Part shown: positions 10,797 through 20,203 of the stretch, one piece after another
Layout: every line of letters starts with the position of its first letter
How positions within the stretch are numbered: position 1 is the stretch's first letter
Assembly (NCBI GenBank): GCA_963748215.1
Contig: CAVVHS010000008.1
Coordinates: 1 to 64,000, forward strand
Length of the DNA stretch: 64,000 nucleotides
Source of the DNA: an uncultured Gammaproteobacteria bacterium
GTDB taxonomy: Bacteria; Pseudomonadota; Gammaproteobacteria; UBA9214
Direction of reading: 5' to 3'
Program-made: the position numbers and the translations under genes
The notes under the pieces: model-generated
Seen by the model: the letters and a program-made list of their open reading frames with translations, nothing else
The model's database searches: none
Told to the model about the DNA's origin: nothing

Positions 10797-11348
10797 TCAG
10801 ATAATAAGGTAATCGGTAATACCGTTAAGCGTGTTGTAGGTGATGATGCGGTACGGCGTGTTGTCCGGCTCATAGACATAGACACAGAACGTCCCCGCAC
10901 CGAGCGCACCCCAGCCGTCGGTATTCGGGTTATAGCCCGGGCTGGCCGGCGGCGGACTGGTCAGCACATCGGTCCAGACCGCGGCGCAGCGGGCATTCGT
11001 CATCACCGCCCCGCCGCTCGTCCCGACCGGCCAGCCGGCGCCGTTGGTGATCACCGCGCTGCTGCCGCGCACCGCCCATGCCGCGTGCAGGATACCGAGA
11101 CCGCTGGTAAAACCGCCATGGATGCTTTGCGTAGCGACGGTGTGGGCCTGCTCGCGGAGATCGACAAACCTGGGAATGGCAATGGACGCAAGCACGCCGA
11201 GTATCGCGATCACGATAACGACCTCGATCAAGGTAAATCCGCGCTGAACTGTTGCACTACCCGGCACTGGCTGGTCCTGTGTCAAGAGATGCCCCGTTAT
11301 CGGCAGACAATGACCAAGGATTAACACCGCGCCGGCTCCCGGCGCCAC
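10797..11348 (-). CDS. Type IV pilin / MSHA-like prepilin (true start probably downstream of 11348)
   Basis: QRG-FTLIEVVIVIAILGVLASIAIPRF prepilin cleavage/methylation motif; Cys pair in the C-terminal half. Confidence 0.85.
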   Translation of the reverse strand: MAPGAGAVLILGHCLPITGHLLTQDQPVPGSATVQRGFTLIEVVIVIAILGVLASIAIPRFVDLREQAHTVATQSIHGGFTSGLGILHAAWAVRGSSAVITNGAGWPVGTSGGAVMTNARCAAVWTDVLTSPPPASPGYNPNTDGWGALGAGTFCVYVYEPDNTPYRIITYNTLNGITDYLII

Positions 11349-11355
11349 GGGCGAC

Positions 11356-12462
11356 TTACGGGTTCTGCGCGTCGGCAGCTGCCTCTCCGGTGCCGTGCTC
11401 CGCCTCGCCCTCTAACCTGGCCTTGCGCGGCCAGGCCTGCATCACGGCCTGCACCAGGGTGGCGAGCGGGATGGCGAAAAACACGCCCCAGAAACCCCAT
11501 AGACCGCCGAACACGAGGATGGCGATGATGATCGCCACCGGATGCAGGTTGACGACCTCGGAAAACAGCAGTGGCACGAGCAGATAGCCGTCCAGCATCT
11601 GCAGCACGACGTACGCCATCAGCACCCAGCCGAAGTCCGGGCTCCAGCCCCACTTGAACCAGGCGATCATGGCCACCGGCAGTGTAACCACCACCGCCCC
11701 GATATAGGGGATGATGACGGACAGCCCGGTCATGGTCGCGAGCAGCAGCGCATAATCCAGACCCATCAGTGTGAAGGTTACGAAGGCCGCGCCACCGACG
11801 ATGAAGATTTCCCACACCTTGCCGCGCACATAATTGGATACCTGGATATTGACGTCCCTGGCGACGACGTCGACCAGCCGGCGTTGTTGCGGCAGCCGGT
11901 GGCTGAACCAGCCCATGATGCGATCCTTGTCCTTGAGGAAGAAAAACGCCAGCACCGGCACCAGGACGATATACACCAGGATCGTAATCAGGCCGAACAC
12001 GGCCGGCAACGACAGCGACAGCACGCGCTGGCTCAGCTCGGTGATTTCCATACGGATGGTCGCACCCAGGTCATTGACCTGCTCGACCGTGAACACGGCC
12101 GGGTATTTTTCCGGCAGCTGCAGCATCAGTCCCTGGACCGTCGCGATGATGTCCGGCAACTGCCTGAGCAACTGCGTGACCTGGACGGACAGCCGCGGCA
12201 CCAGCCAGAACAGGGCAAAGGCCAGAAAGGACATGAACAGCAGGAAAACCAGCACGACCGCCGATAAACGCGGCGCACCGAGCCGGTGCATCTTCTCGAC
12301 CACGCCATCCAGCAGGTAGGCAATCACCACGCCGGCCAGTACCGGCGCCAGCATCTGGCCAAGGGTCAGCATGACGATGAACCCGATCGCCAGCAATACG
12401 GCGAGGATCACGGCATGGGGATCGGACATGGTACGCTGGTACCATTCGTACACGATATTCAC
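11356..12462 (-). CDS. perM: AI-2E family transporter (PerM-like)
   Basis: Multi-TM protein, IPYIGA, LHPVAIIIAILVFGGLWGFWGVFFAIPLA. Confidence 0.9.
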   Translation of the reverse strand: MNIVYEWYQRTMSDPHAVILAVLLAIGFIVMLTLGQMLAPVLAGVVIAYLLDGVVEKMHRLGAPRLSAVVLVFLLFMSFLAFALFWLVPRLSVQVTQLLRQLPDIIATVQGLMLQLPEKYPAVFTVEQVNDLGATIRMEITELSQRVLSLSLPAVFGLITILVYIVLVPVLAFFFLKDKDRIMGWFSHRLPQQRRLVDVVARDVNIQVSNYVRGKVWEIFIVGGAAFVTFTLMGLDYALLLATMTGLSVIIPYIGAVVVTLPVAMIAWFKWGWSPDFGWVLMAYVVLQMLDGYLLVPLLFSEVVNLHPVAIIIAILVFGGLWGFWGVFFAIPLATLVQAVMQAWPRKARLEGEAEHGTGEAAADAQNP

Positions 12463-12465
12463 GCA

Positions 12466-12843
12466 CTAGCCTCCGCTTGCGGCTTTCAGTTGCCGGTAAT
12501 GCTGCGCGAATATGTCTTCCAGTTCATCGATGACCGGTGTGGCATCGGTCCCGCGCATGATGTGGGTCGCCACGATATCGGAGGTGGCACTCAGCATCTC
12601 GCTCTTGTCGAGCATCGGGTATGTGCGCGCAAGGCGTTTGAGTCCGGCCACGATCGATTCCTTCGCCGGGCGTTCGATCGGTTCGGGATCCGCTATCACG
12701 CGCGGTGCGCGCGGCGCCTGAGGCGTGACGCGCGGCGTGCCTGGTGCCCGCGCGGCGAGAAATTCCGCGAACGCCAGCAGGCTGGCCTGGTCACCGGCAT
12801 CCAGCCGGCTGAAGATCTCGAGCAGGTTCTGTTGCATGTTCAT
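12466..12843 (-). CDS. Conserved hypothetical protein
   Basis: Operon-packed ORF between the LysR gene and perM; contains ERPAKESIVAGLKRL..TYPML. Confidence 0.8.
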   Translation of the reverse strand: MNMQQNLLEIFSRLDAGDQASLLAFAEFLAARAPGTPRVTPQAPRAPRVIADPEPIERPAKESIVAGLKRLARTYPMLDKSEMLSATSDIVATHIMRGTDATPVIDELEDIFAQHYRQLKAASGG

Positions 12844-12870
12844 GTTCGTGTCAGTGCAGGCAGGCGGCGA

Positions 12871-13779
12871 CTAGCCATCATCCTTGTGTGACAGGCAGTA
12901 GGCGCGCGCGAATTCCAGCAACTCGTCCATGGCACGCTGGCGGAATTTCTGTTTCTGGTGCACGAAGGAAAACGGGCGCTCCAGCGGCGGGTCAAGTTCC
13001 AGCGCCACCAGCGTGCCGAGCTGCAATTCCTTGTGAATGGTCACTTCCGAGACGATGGAGACGCCCATGCCCGCCTCCACCGCGCCCTTGATGGCCTCGG
13101 GACTGCCGAGTTCCATGGCGATATTGAGATCAGTGGCCTTGAGACCCGCCTCGGCGATGTATTCCTCGATCACCTCGCGGGTACCCGAGCCTTCCTCCCG
13201 CGCAATGAAGGCCTGGTTCTGCAGATCCTGCAGGCTGACCTTGCGCTTGTCCGAGAGCGCATGCTGCGGCGGCACGATGGCGACCAGGCGGTCGTTGCGG
13301 CAGTTCTCGACGACCAGGTTCTTGTTCACCACCGGCGCCTCGACGACGCCCAGGTCGATATCGTTGTTCTCGACCATGTGCACGATGCCGTCCGAATTGG
13401 ACACCTTGAGATGTACGTTCACATCCGGATACTTTTTCTTGAAGTCGCCGAGCAGCGCCGGCAGCATGTATTCCGCGATGGTGGTGCTGGCACCGATGAT
13501 CAGCACGCCGCTGATCTCGCCGGTCATGTCGCGCACGGCATTGTCCATCTTGGCGTACAGGTCGAAGATCTGCGCCGCGTACTCGTAGACGCGCTCGCCG
13601 GCAGCGGTCAGGCTGATGCGGTTGTGGGTGCGGTCGAACAGGCGCGTATTGAAGTATTCCTCGAGCTGGCGCACCTGGAAGGTCACCGCCGGCTGGGTCA
13701 TGTGCAGACTCTCCGCCGCCTTGGTAAAGCTGAGCAACCGGGCAACGGTGTGAAAAACCTGTAATCTGCGATCCGCCAT
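12871..13779 (-). CDS. LysR-family transcriptional regulator (CysL/CmpR-like)
   Basis: HTH SFTKAAESLHMTQPAVTFQVRQLEE, GASTTI, REEGSGTR. Confidence 0.95.
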   Translation of the reverse strand: MADRRLQVFHTVARLLSFTKAAESLHMTQPAVTFQVRQLEEYFNTRLFDRTHNRISLTAAGERVYEYAAQIFDLYAKMDNAVRDMTGEISGVLIIGASTTIAEYMLPALLGDFKKKYPDVNVHLKVSNSDGIVHMVENNDIDLGVVEAPVVNKNLVVENCRNDRLVAIVPPQHALSDKRKVSLQDLQNQAFIAREEGSGTREVIEEYIAEAGLKATDLNIAMELGSPEAIKGAVEAGMGVSIVSEVTIHKELQLGTLVALELDPPLERPFSFVHQKQKFRQRAMDELLEFARAYCLSHKDDG

Positions 13780-14325
13780 GTTGTTTCCTGTTCCCGCGAC
13801 GGACATCGATGTCCGCGGAGCATCTTTCTAAGTCATTGAGACTATAAAGTAAACAGCAATCAGACTCCAATGCTTCCGGCACGCTTGCCGGGGGCAGTGA
13901 ACGACGTCTTCAACGGGCAGGCAACACGGCCGACCCTATTGCGCCTGCCGCGACGTAACACGCCGCCAGGCGGACATTGCGCCTCGCCGGCCGGCCGTGC
14001 AGCGGCGCCTCGACCCGCCTCAAACATTGATTTTTTCTGTTGTTTTTCAGTTAGATACAATCATTCATGCGATACGCCGGCGCGTCCCGTCCAGGGCTGC
14101 CGGGACGCAATGCCAGGACTGTCATGCGCGTGCAGCGAGCCACACCCGGTACATCACCTGTCCGCGCAGCCAATTGCAACAGACCGCGCATCCGCATGAA
14201 CTGACGGCATGAACCGGCGGTCTGATCGGCTGGCATGTGCAGCTTGACTGCCGTTACCATTGCCCGCTTGCGGCAACCGGGCCAGCCGCTCATGTCACTG
14301 CCGCTCAAAACACCGGGAGATACCG

Positions 14326-15114
14326 ATGACGAACAGATTGTACCTGCTGCCGGCATTGCTGCTGTGCCTGCTGCCGCTGGTAACCAGCGCCGAAACACCC
14401 GAGGAAAAGGCGCTGGCAATCGCCGTGGAAGCCGACCGGCGCGATTCCGGTTTTGGCGACTACACCAATGACATCAGGATGGTGCTCAGGAACAAGCAGG
14501 GTCAGGAAAGCACCCGGGAAATCCGCTCCAAGACGCTGGAAGTGGCTGACGACGGCGACAAGATACTCACCATCTTCGACGCGCCACGCGATGTCCAGGG
14601 CACCGCCCTGCTCAGCTTCACGCACCGGGAAGGTCCCGATGACCAGTGGCTGTACCTGCCGGCGTTGAAACGTGTCAAGCGCATCGCCTCGGACAACAAG
14701 TCCGGGCCGTTCATGGGCAGCGAATTCGCCTACGAAGATATCACCTCGCGCGAGGTCGACAAGTACACCTACAAGTATCTGCGTGACGAGCAGCTCGACG
14801 GCATGGACATGTTCGTCTTCGAGCGTTACCCGAAGGACGAAAAATCCGGCTATACCCGCATGATCATCTGGGTGGACAAGGAACACTACAAGGAACGCAA
14901 GATCGAATACTACGATCGCAAGGACAGCCTGCTCAAAACACTGCTGTTCACCGACTACCACCTGTACGACGACAGGTTCTGGCGTGCGCATGATATGTAC
15001 ATGGAAAACCACCAGACCGGCAAGAGCACGCGCCTGCTGCAGACCGGCTTCAAGTTCAACGTTGGCCTGACCGAGCGGGACTTCGACCAGAACTCGCTAA
15101 AGCGCGCCCGCTAG
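14326..15114 (+). CDS. Outer membrane lipoprotein-sorting protein (LolA-like)
   Basis: Signal peptide; DDQWLYLPALKRVKRI...SGPFMGSEFAYED family motif. Confidence 0.9.
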   Translation: MTNRLYLLPALLLCLLPLVTSAETPEEKALAIAVEADRRDSGFGDYTNDIRMVLRNKQGQESTREIRSKTLEVADDGDKILTIFDAPRDVQGTALLSFTHREGPDDQWLYLPALKRVKRIASDNKSGPFMGSEFAYEDITSREVDKYTYKYLRDEQLDGMDMFVFERYPKDEKSGYTRMIIWVDKEHYKERKIEYYDRKDSLLKTLLFTDYHLYDDRFWRAHDMYMENHQTGKSTRLLQTGFKFNVGLTERDFDQNSLKRAR

Positions 15115-15126
15115 GACATCCCGCCC

Positions 15127-16353
15127 ATGTCCAGGCTGTTGTGCATCGCCGTTTGCCTGCTGGCGGCGGCCACCGCCCGGGCCGGCGAGTGGCGCGGCTA
15201 TATGGCCGGCGAGCTGCTGGGTTTTATCGAGGACCCGGCGCAGCCGGCGCAGCACAATGGCTATGCGTCGCTGGCGATCGAACCCGAATATTTCCACGAA
15301 TGGAACGACCGCCACGACCTGTTCACCTTCAAGCCCTATCTGCTGGTTGATTCTCATGATTCGCGCCGCACGCATGGCGACCTGCGCGAGCTGTCATGGA
15401 TTCACGCGGCGCGCGACTGGGAAACCAATATCGGTATCAGCAAGGTCTACTGGGGCGTCACCGAAGCGGCGCACCTGGTCGATATCATCAACCAGACCGA
15501 CCTGGTGATCAACGAGGACGGTGAGGACAAGCTCGGGCAACCGATGCTGAAACTGGCGCTGATCCGCGACTGGGGCGTGCTTGACCTGTTCGTGCTGCCG
15601 GGCTTCCGCGAGCGCACCTTTCCGGGCCGTGAGGGCCGGCCGCGTTTTGCGATCCCCGTCAGCAAGGATGCACGGTACGAATCCGGCGCCGAAGACCTGC
15701 ACACCGATTTCGCGGTGCGCTGGTCGCATTCCATCGGCGCCTTCGATATCGGCCTCGCCCACTTCGCCGGCACGTCCCGCGAGCCGCGCTTCATCGCCCT
15801 GCCCGGCGCCATCAGCGGCCTGGCTATCAGCGAGATCACGCCCTACTACGAACTCATCAACCAGACCAGCCTGGACCTGCAGGCCATCACCGGCGGCTGG
15901 CTGTGGAAGCTCGAAGCCATCATGCGCAGCGGCCAGGGCAAGCGTATCCGTTCATACGCCGGCGGCTACGAATATACCTTCGTCGGCGTCAGCGAATCCG
16001 CGATCGACGTCGGGATCATCACCGAGTACCTGTATGACAGTCGTGGTGACAACATCGACCCGGCACCCATCCTTGCCAGCCAGCCGTTCACCCTCTCGCC
16101 CTTTCAGAACGACCTGGTGCTCGGAACCCGCATTACGCTCAATGACGCGGCCAGCTCGGAATTGCTGCTCAGCGTCGTGATCGATCTCGAGGGTGGCGGA
16201 CAAAGCTACAACCTGGAAGCCAGCCGCCGCCTCGGCGATGCCTGGAAGCTGTCACTGGAGGCGCGCGGGCAGGCCAACATCCCGGACAACAGCGTCTCCT
16301 CGAGTTTTGCAGACGACACCCGGGTACGCATGGAACTGGCGCGCTATTTCTAG
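15127..16353 (+). CDS. Probable outer-membrane beta-barrel protein partnered with the LolA-like gene
   Basis: Signal peptide, HLVDIINQTD, FRERTFPG, C-terminal aromatic RYF. Confidence 0.8.
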   Translation: MSRLLCIAVCLLAAATARAGEWRGYMAGELLGFIEDPAQPAQHNGYASLAIEPEYFHEWNDRHDLFTFKPYLLVDSHDSRRTHGDLRELSWIHAARDWETNIGISKVYWGVTEAAHLVDIINQTDLVINEDGEDKLGQPMLKLALIRDWGVLDLFVLPGFRERTFPGREGRPRFAIPVSKDARYESGAEDLHTDFAVRWSHSIGAFDIGLAHFAGTSREPRFIALPGAISGLAISEITPYYELINQTSLDLQAITGGWLWKLEAIMRSGQGKRIRSYAGGYEYTFVGVSESAIDVGIITEYLYDSRGDNIDPAPILASQPFTLSPFQNDLVLGTRITLNDAASSELLLSVVIDLEGGGQSYNLEASRRLGDAWKLSLEARGQANIPDNSVSSSFADDTRVRMELARYF

Positions 16354-16668
16354 TGGCAACCAGTCGTATTGACTTAGCTACGCATCGGCAAATCAAACGG
16401 TAGAAAGACCTGCCCTCCTTATAAGCGCTCACTGAGTCTGCGAAATCACGCCAAGGCATGCATAAAGCCTGCGTTTGAGTGGAGTTTAGAAGGTCTTCCA
16501 TCGACCCCATTCCGGTCCTACAGTCGCTACTTATATAAATAATCGCTTAACGGGAAAGAACGACCCAACTAGGATGTATGGCGTCTCAGATTGAATGTCT
16601 GGAAAGCCCAGTAGAAGCGGACGTTTGATTTTATCTGGCCATTTGGCTCTACCCGCTCTAATTTTCCT

Positions 16669-17370
16669 ATGCAGCTAACCGGAATCGAACTGGATGACGT
16701 ATACACCTGATTGTGCCGGCGACGTCGGCGTTATCCGTTGGATGCCGATGTGTTGCAGCTGCGCTTTCACTGGGTGCGTGAGAAAGCTCATGTGCGCAAG
16801 CTGCTAAACCATAAACGCTACCAGATTTCGCCCTTGCAGTCCGTGCAAAAGACCGATGGCGAGATTATTCAGCTGTGGTCGACGCCTGATGCACTGGTAC
16901 TCAAGGAGCTTTCCAGAGTACGAGCCGGGGTATTGCCGATTTTGTCGGCCTGCACCCACGTCAAGGGCCAGGGTGGGCTCAAGGCCACGATGAGCGGGGG
17001 TGCAGGGGGGCACTCCCTCGCTATCGCATTGTACAGCACACAGATGTAAAGGAATATTACGCGTCGCTCGACCACTTCATCCTGATGGAGCGACTCGCCG
17101 AATGCATAAAGGACAAATTCATCCTCAATCTGCTAAGGTTATACCTGCACCGGATGGTGGAACGCGCTGGGTTGTACAAGGAAATTCAGCGGGGCATCTC
17201 GTGGGGCTGACACTTATGCCCGCTGATCGGGGCGTTCTTTCTTTTCCGTCTGGATAAGCAATTTCATCGGGACGGGCTATTCTTTGTCCGTTACATGGAT
17301 AACATCTTGTTACTCGCACCCTCGTGCTGGAAGCTGGCCGTGACAGTCTGCAGAATCCGACGGGGTACGC
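16669..17370 (+). pseudogene. Degraded reverse transcriptase (group II-like RT), C-terminally truncated
   Basis: Reconstructed frames: MQLTGIELDDVYT*LCRRR...DALVLK...CTHVKGQGGLK, frameshift near 17000, then TDVKEYYASLDH...RGISWG*HLCPLIG...FVRYMDNILLL; TGA at 16708 and 17208; YMDD changed to YMDN. Confidence 0.82.
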
Positions 17371-17450
17371 CGGCTGAAGCTTTAGCACTGCCAGCCGATC
17401 AATACGCTGCATTGCGATGTTATCGACAGCAACTGATAAGGGAATACATC

Positions 17451-18365
17451 ATGCGTATAGTGATTGCGGGACTGGGCCGGATGGGCGCGAATATGGCACG
17501 ACGCTTGTGCCGGGGCAGCATCGAAGTTATCGGCCTCAATCGCACACAGTCAGTCGTGGACGAGCTCGCTGCCGAGGTCGGCGTAATTCCTGCCACCTCG
17601 CGAGAAGAAGCCGTCGCACAGCTGACTGCACCACGCGTGGTCTGGTTAATGCTGCCCAGCGGGAAGACGACAGAAGAAGCCGTTACGGCCTTTTCTGCCC
17701 TGCTGGAGAGCGGCGACATTCTTGTCGATGGTGGTAATTCCAACTACCACGAATCCCTGCGCCGTGCTGGAGGCCTCGCGGCAAAGGGTATCCATTATGT
17801 CGATGCCGGAACCTCGGGTGGGGTGTGGGGGCTGGACAACGGTTACTGCATGATGGTGGGCGGCGAGACAACCGCCATCAACATTATCAAGCCCGCGCTC
17901 CAGGTGCTGGCACCGGCACCGGATCGTGGATGGGCACATGTCGGCCCGGTTGGCGCAGGTCATTTTACCAAGATGGTCCATAATGGCATCGAGTACGGCA
18001 TGATGCAGGCATTTGCCGAGGGTCTGACTCTGTTGCGCGGCAAGCAGGAATTTGCACTTGACCTGGCACAGATTACGGAATTGTGGCGGCACAGCTCCGT
18101 GGTGCGCAGCTGGCTGCTCGACCTCACCGCCGAGGCATTGGCCGCGGACCAGGAACTGACCGATATCGCACCATTCGTAGCCGATTCAGGCGAAGGTCGC
18201 TGGACCGCGGTTGAGGCCATCGATCAGGGTGTTGCTACTCCGGTAATGACACTCGCACTGCAGGCCCGCTTCAGCAGCCAGGACGACTATGGTTACGGAA
18301 ATCGTCTTTTGTCCATGATGCGTAATGCCTTCGGCGGACATGCAGTGAAGAAAGGCAGCGGTTGA
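17451..18365 (+). CDS. gnd: 6-phosphogluconate dehydrogenase, decarboxylating (short GntZ/YqeC type)
   Basis: GLGRMG, DGGNS, VDAGTSGG, KMVHNGIEYG, DSGEGRW, RNAFGGH. Confidence 0.96.
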   Translation: MRIVIAGLGRMGANMARRLCRGSIEVIGLNRTQSVVDELAAEVGVIPATSREEAVAQLTAPRVVWLMLPSGKTTEEAVTAFSALLESGDILVDGGNSNYHESLRRAGGLAAKGIHYVDAGTSGGVWGLDNGYCMMVGGETTAINIIKPALQVLAPAPDRGWAHVGPVGAGHFTKMVHNGIEYGMMQAFAEGLTLLRGKQEFALDLAQITELWRHSSVVRSWLLDLTAEALAADQELTDIAPFVADSGEGRWTAVEAIDQGVATPVMTLALQARFSSQDDYGYGNRLLSMMRNAFGGHAVKKGSG

Positions 18366-18414
18366 TGACCGCACATAACAGATACCAGGATTTACCTATC
18401 ATAGTAGGTACAAG

Positions 18415-19908
18415 ATGCTAGATCCCTGCACCTTCGTCATCTTCGGTTCGACCGGCAATCTGTCATGCAACAAGTTGTTGCCCGCACTCTATCATCTGGA
18501 GGAAGCGGGACGATTGCCGCAGCAGATGTCGATCGTGGGCTTTGGGCGACGCGAGTGGGGCAGCGAGCGTTGGCGTGATGAAGTAAGCCGGGTGGTAAGT
18601 GAACGCTCGCGTAATCCTGTACAGGATGAGGTCCTGAAACGATTCTGCCAGCGACTGCACTATTTCTGCGGCGATCTGGACGATGCAGAAATCTATGCCG
18701 AATTACGTAACTTCCTTGTCGACAATCCGGCCTGCCTGCCCAATATTCTCTTCTATCTATCGATTCGACCGGCAGACTATGCCACCGTAGCAAGCTCGCT
18801 GGCTGCAGTCGATCTGCACCGCGAAGAGCAGGGATGGCGACGACTGGTGGTCGAAAAGCCGTTTGGCTATGACCTCGAGAGCGCCTCCGTCCTGGACAGG
18901 CAGCTACGCACAAATTTCGACGAAAATCAGATCTATCGCATCGATCACTACCTCGGCAAGGGTACAGTACAGAACGTGCTGGTGTTCCGTTTCGCCAACC
19001 TGATGCTCGAGCCGCTGTGGAACCGCAATTATATCGATCATGTACAGATCACCCATTCGGAGGCCAAGGGGATAGAGGGACGGGCGCCGTATTATGACGG
19101 CGCCGGGGCATTGCGTGACATGATACAGAGTCATCTGCTGCAGATGCTGACCCTGGTGGCAATGGAACCGCCGCCCGACCTGAGCCCCGAATCCATGCGT
19201 GACGAAAAGGTCAAGGTGCTGCGCTCGATCCGCCCGATAACACGTGCCTCGGTCAATGCACAGTCGTTTCGCGCTCAGTATCGCTCCGGTAGCGTCAATG
19301 GCAAGCCGGTAGCGGGTTACCTGAACGAGAAAGGTGTCGATCCAAAGAGTACGACCGAGACCTACGCGGCACTCAAGCTCTATATCGACAACTGGCGCTG
19401 GCGAAATGTGCCGTTTTTCCTGCGCACAGGCAAGGCGATGGAGAAATCGAATTCGTTGATTGCGATTCGCTTCAAGCACCCGCCACAACAACTGTTTCGC
19501 GAGACGCAGATTGAGCGCCTGGAACCAAACTGGATCTTGATGAATATACAGCCCAGCGAATGCCTGCGGATGGAACTGCAAGTCAAGCAGGAGGGTCTGG
19601 AGATGCGTACGGAGACCACCCGCCTCGACGCAGCCTCATGCATCCTGACTGGGACACAGATCGATGCCTACGAGGCATTGCTCCTGGATGTCATCGAGGG
19701 CGACCAGTCGCTGTTCCTGCGCTATGACGAAGTCAATCTGTGCTGGCAGATCGTCGACCAAGTACTTAAATCATGGGCCATGGAGCGCGATTACATTCCA
19801 ACGTACCCGGCAGGATCCTGGGGTCCTGACGGGTCCAGCCGTCTGTTCGACAGGGAAGATCAGCAGTGGCGCAATTCGATCAATGGCGACTTTAGCAAGG
19901 ACCGGTGA
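18415..19908 (+). CDS. zwf: Glucose-6-phosphate 1-dehydrogenase
   Basis: IFGSTGNL, VEKPFG, RIDHYLGK, RDEKVKVL, FLRTGK. Confidence 0.97.
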   Translation: MLDPCTFVIFGSTGNLSCNKLLPALYHLEEAGRLPQQMSIVGFGRREWGSERWRDEVSRVVSERSRNPVQDEVLKRFCQRLHYFCGDLDDAEIYAELRNFLVDNPACLPNILFYLSIRPADYATVASSLAAVDLHREEQGWRRLVVEKPFGYDLESASVLDRQLRTNFDENQIYRIDHYLGKGTVQNVLVFRFANLMLEPLWNRNYIDHVQITHSEAKGIEGRAPYYDGAGALRDMIQSHLLQMLTLVAMEPPPDLSPESMRDEKVKVLRSIRPITRASVNAQSFRAQYRSGSVNGKPVAGYLNEKGVDPKSTTETYAALKLYIDNWRWRNVPFFLRTGKAMEKSNSLIAIRFKHPPQQLFRETQIERLEPNWILMNIQPSECLRMELQVKQEGLEMRTETTRLDAASCILTGTQIDAYEALLLDVIEGDQSLFLRYDEVNLCWQIVDQVLKSWAMERDYIPTYPAGSWGPDGSSRLFDREDQQWRNSINGDFSKDR

Positions 19909-20203
19909 GTTTCCGCGTGAGTCAGTTTGGCATTGTCTGCTGCATCTAGGAAGTTCACCTGAATCTGGGGAATGTCGTGTTCTGGCCTACACGAACCGCT
20001 TATAAAAGAATCGGTAATCGACGGGAGCTGATAACCCAAATCGGACATTCGCTGTGGAAGTCTCCACACGGGAATCCGAATCCAAGAATCATAGTAGGTG
20101 GTCTTCAGGGAAAATGGCTATACACTCTGCACGTACGCAGCAGTGAGAAAATTAGTTCGTCTGTTTCTTCGCCTTGTAGGCCAACCTAAATAATGGAAAA
20201 GTC

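Noticed and set aside
16708-17210. TGA read-through (Trp or Sec) giving an active RT
   Set aside because: The gene also has a frameshift, YMDN in place of YMDD and a truncation, consistent with decay
17295-17450. Genuine N-terminal extension of Gnd
   Set aside because: It is the tail of the RT relic; gnd has its own RBS and a typical start at 17451
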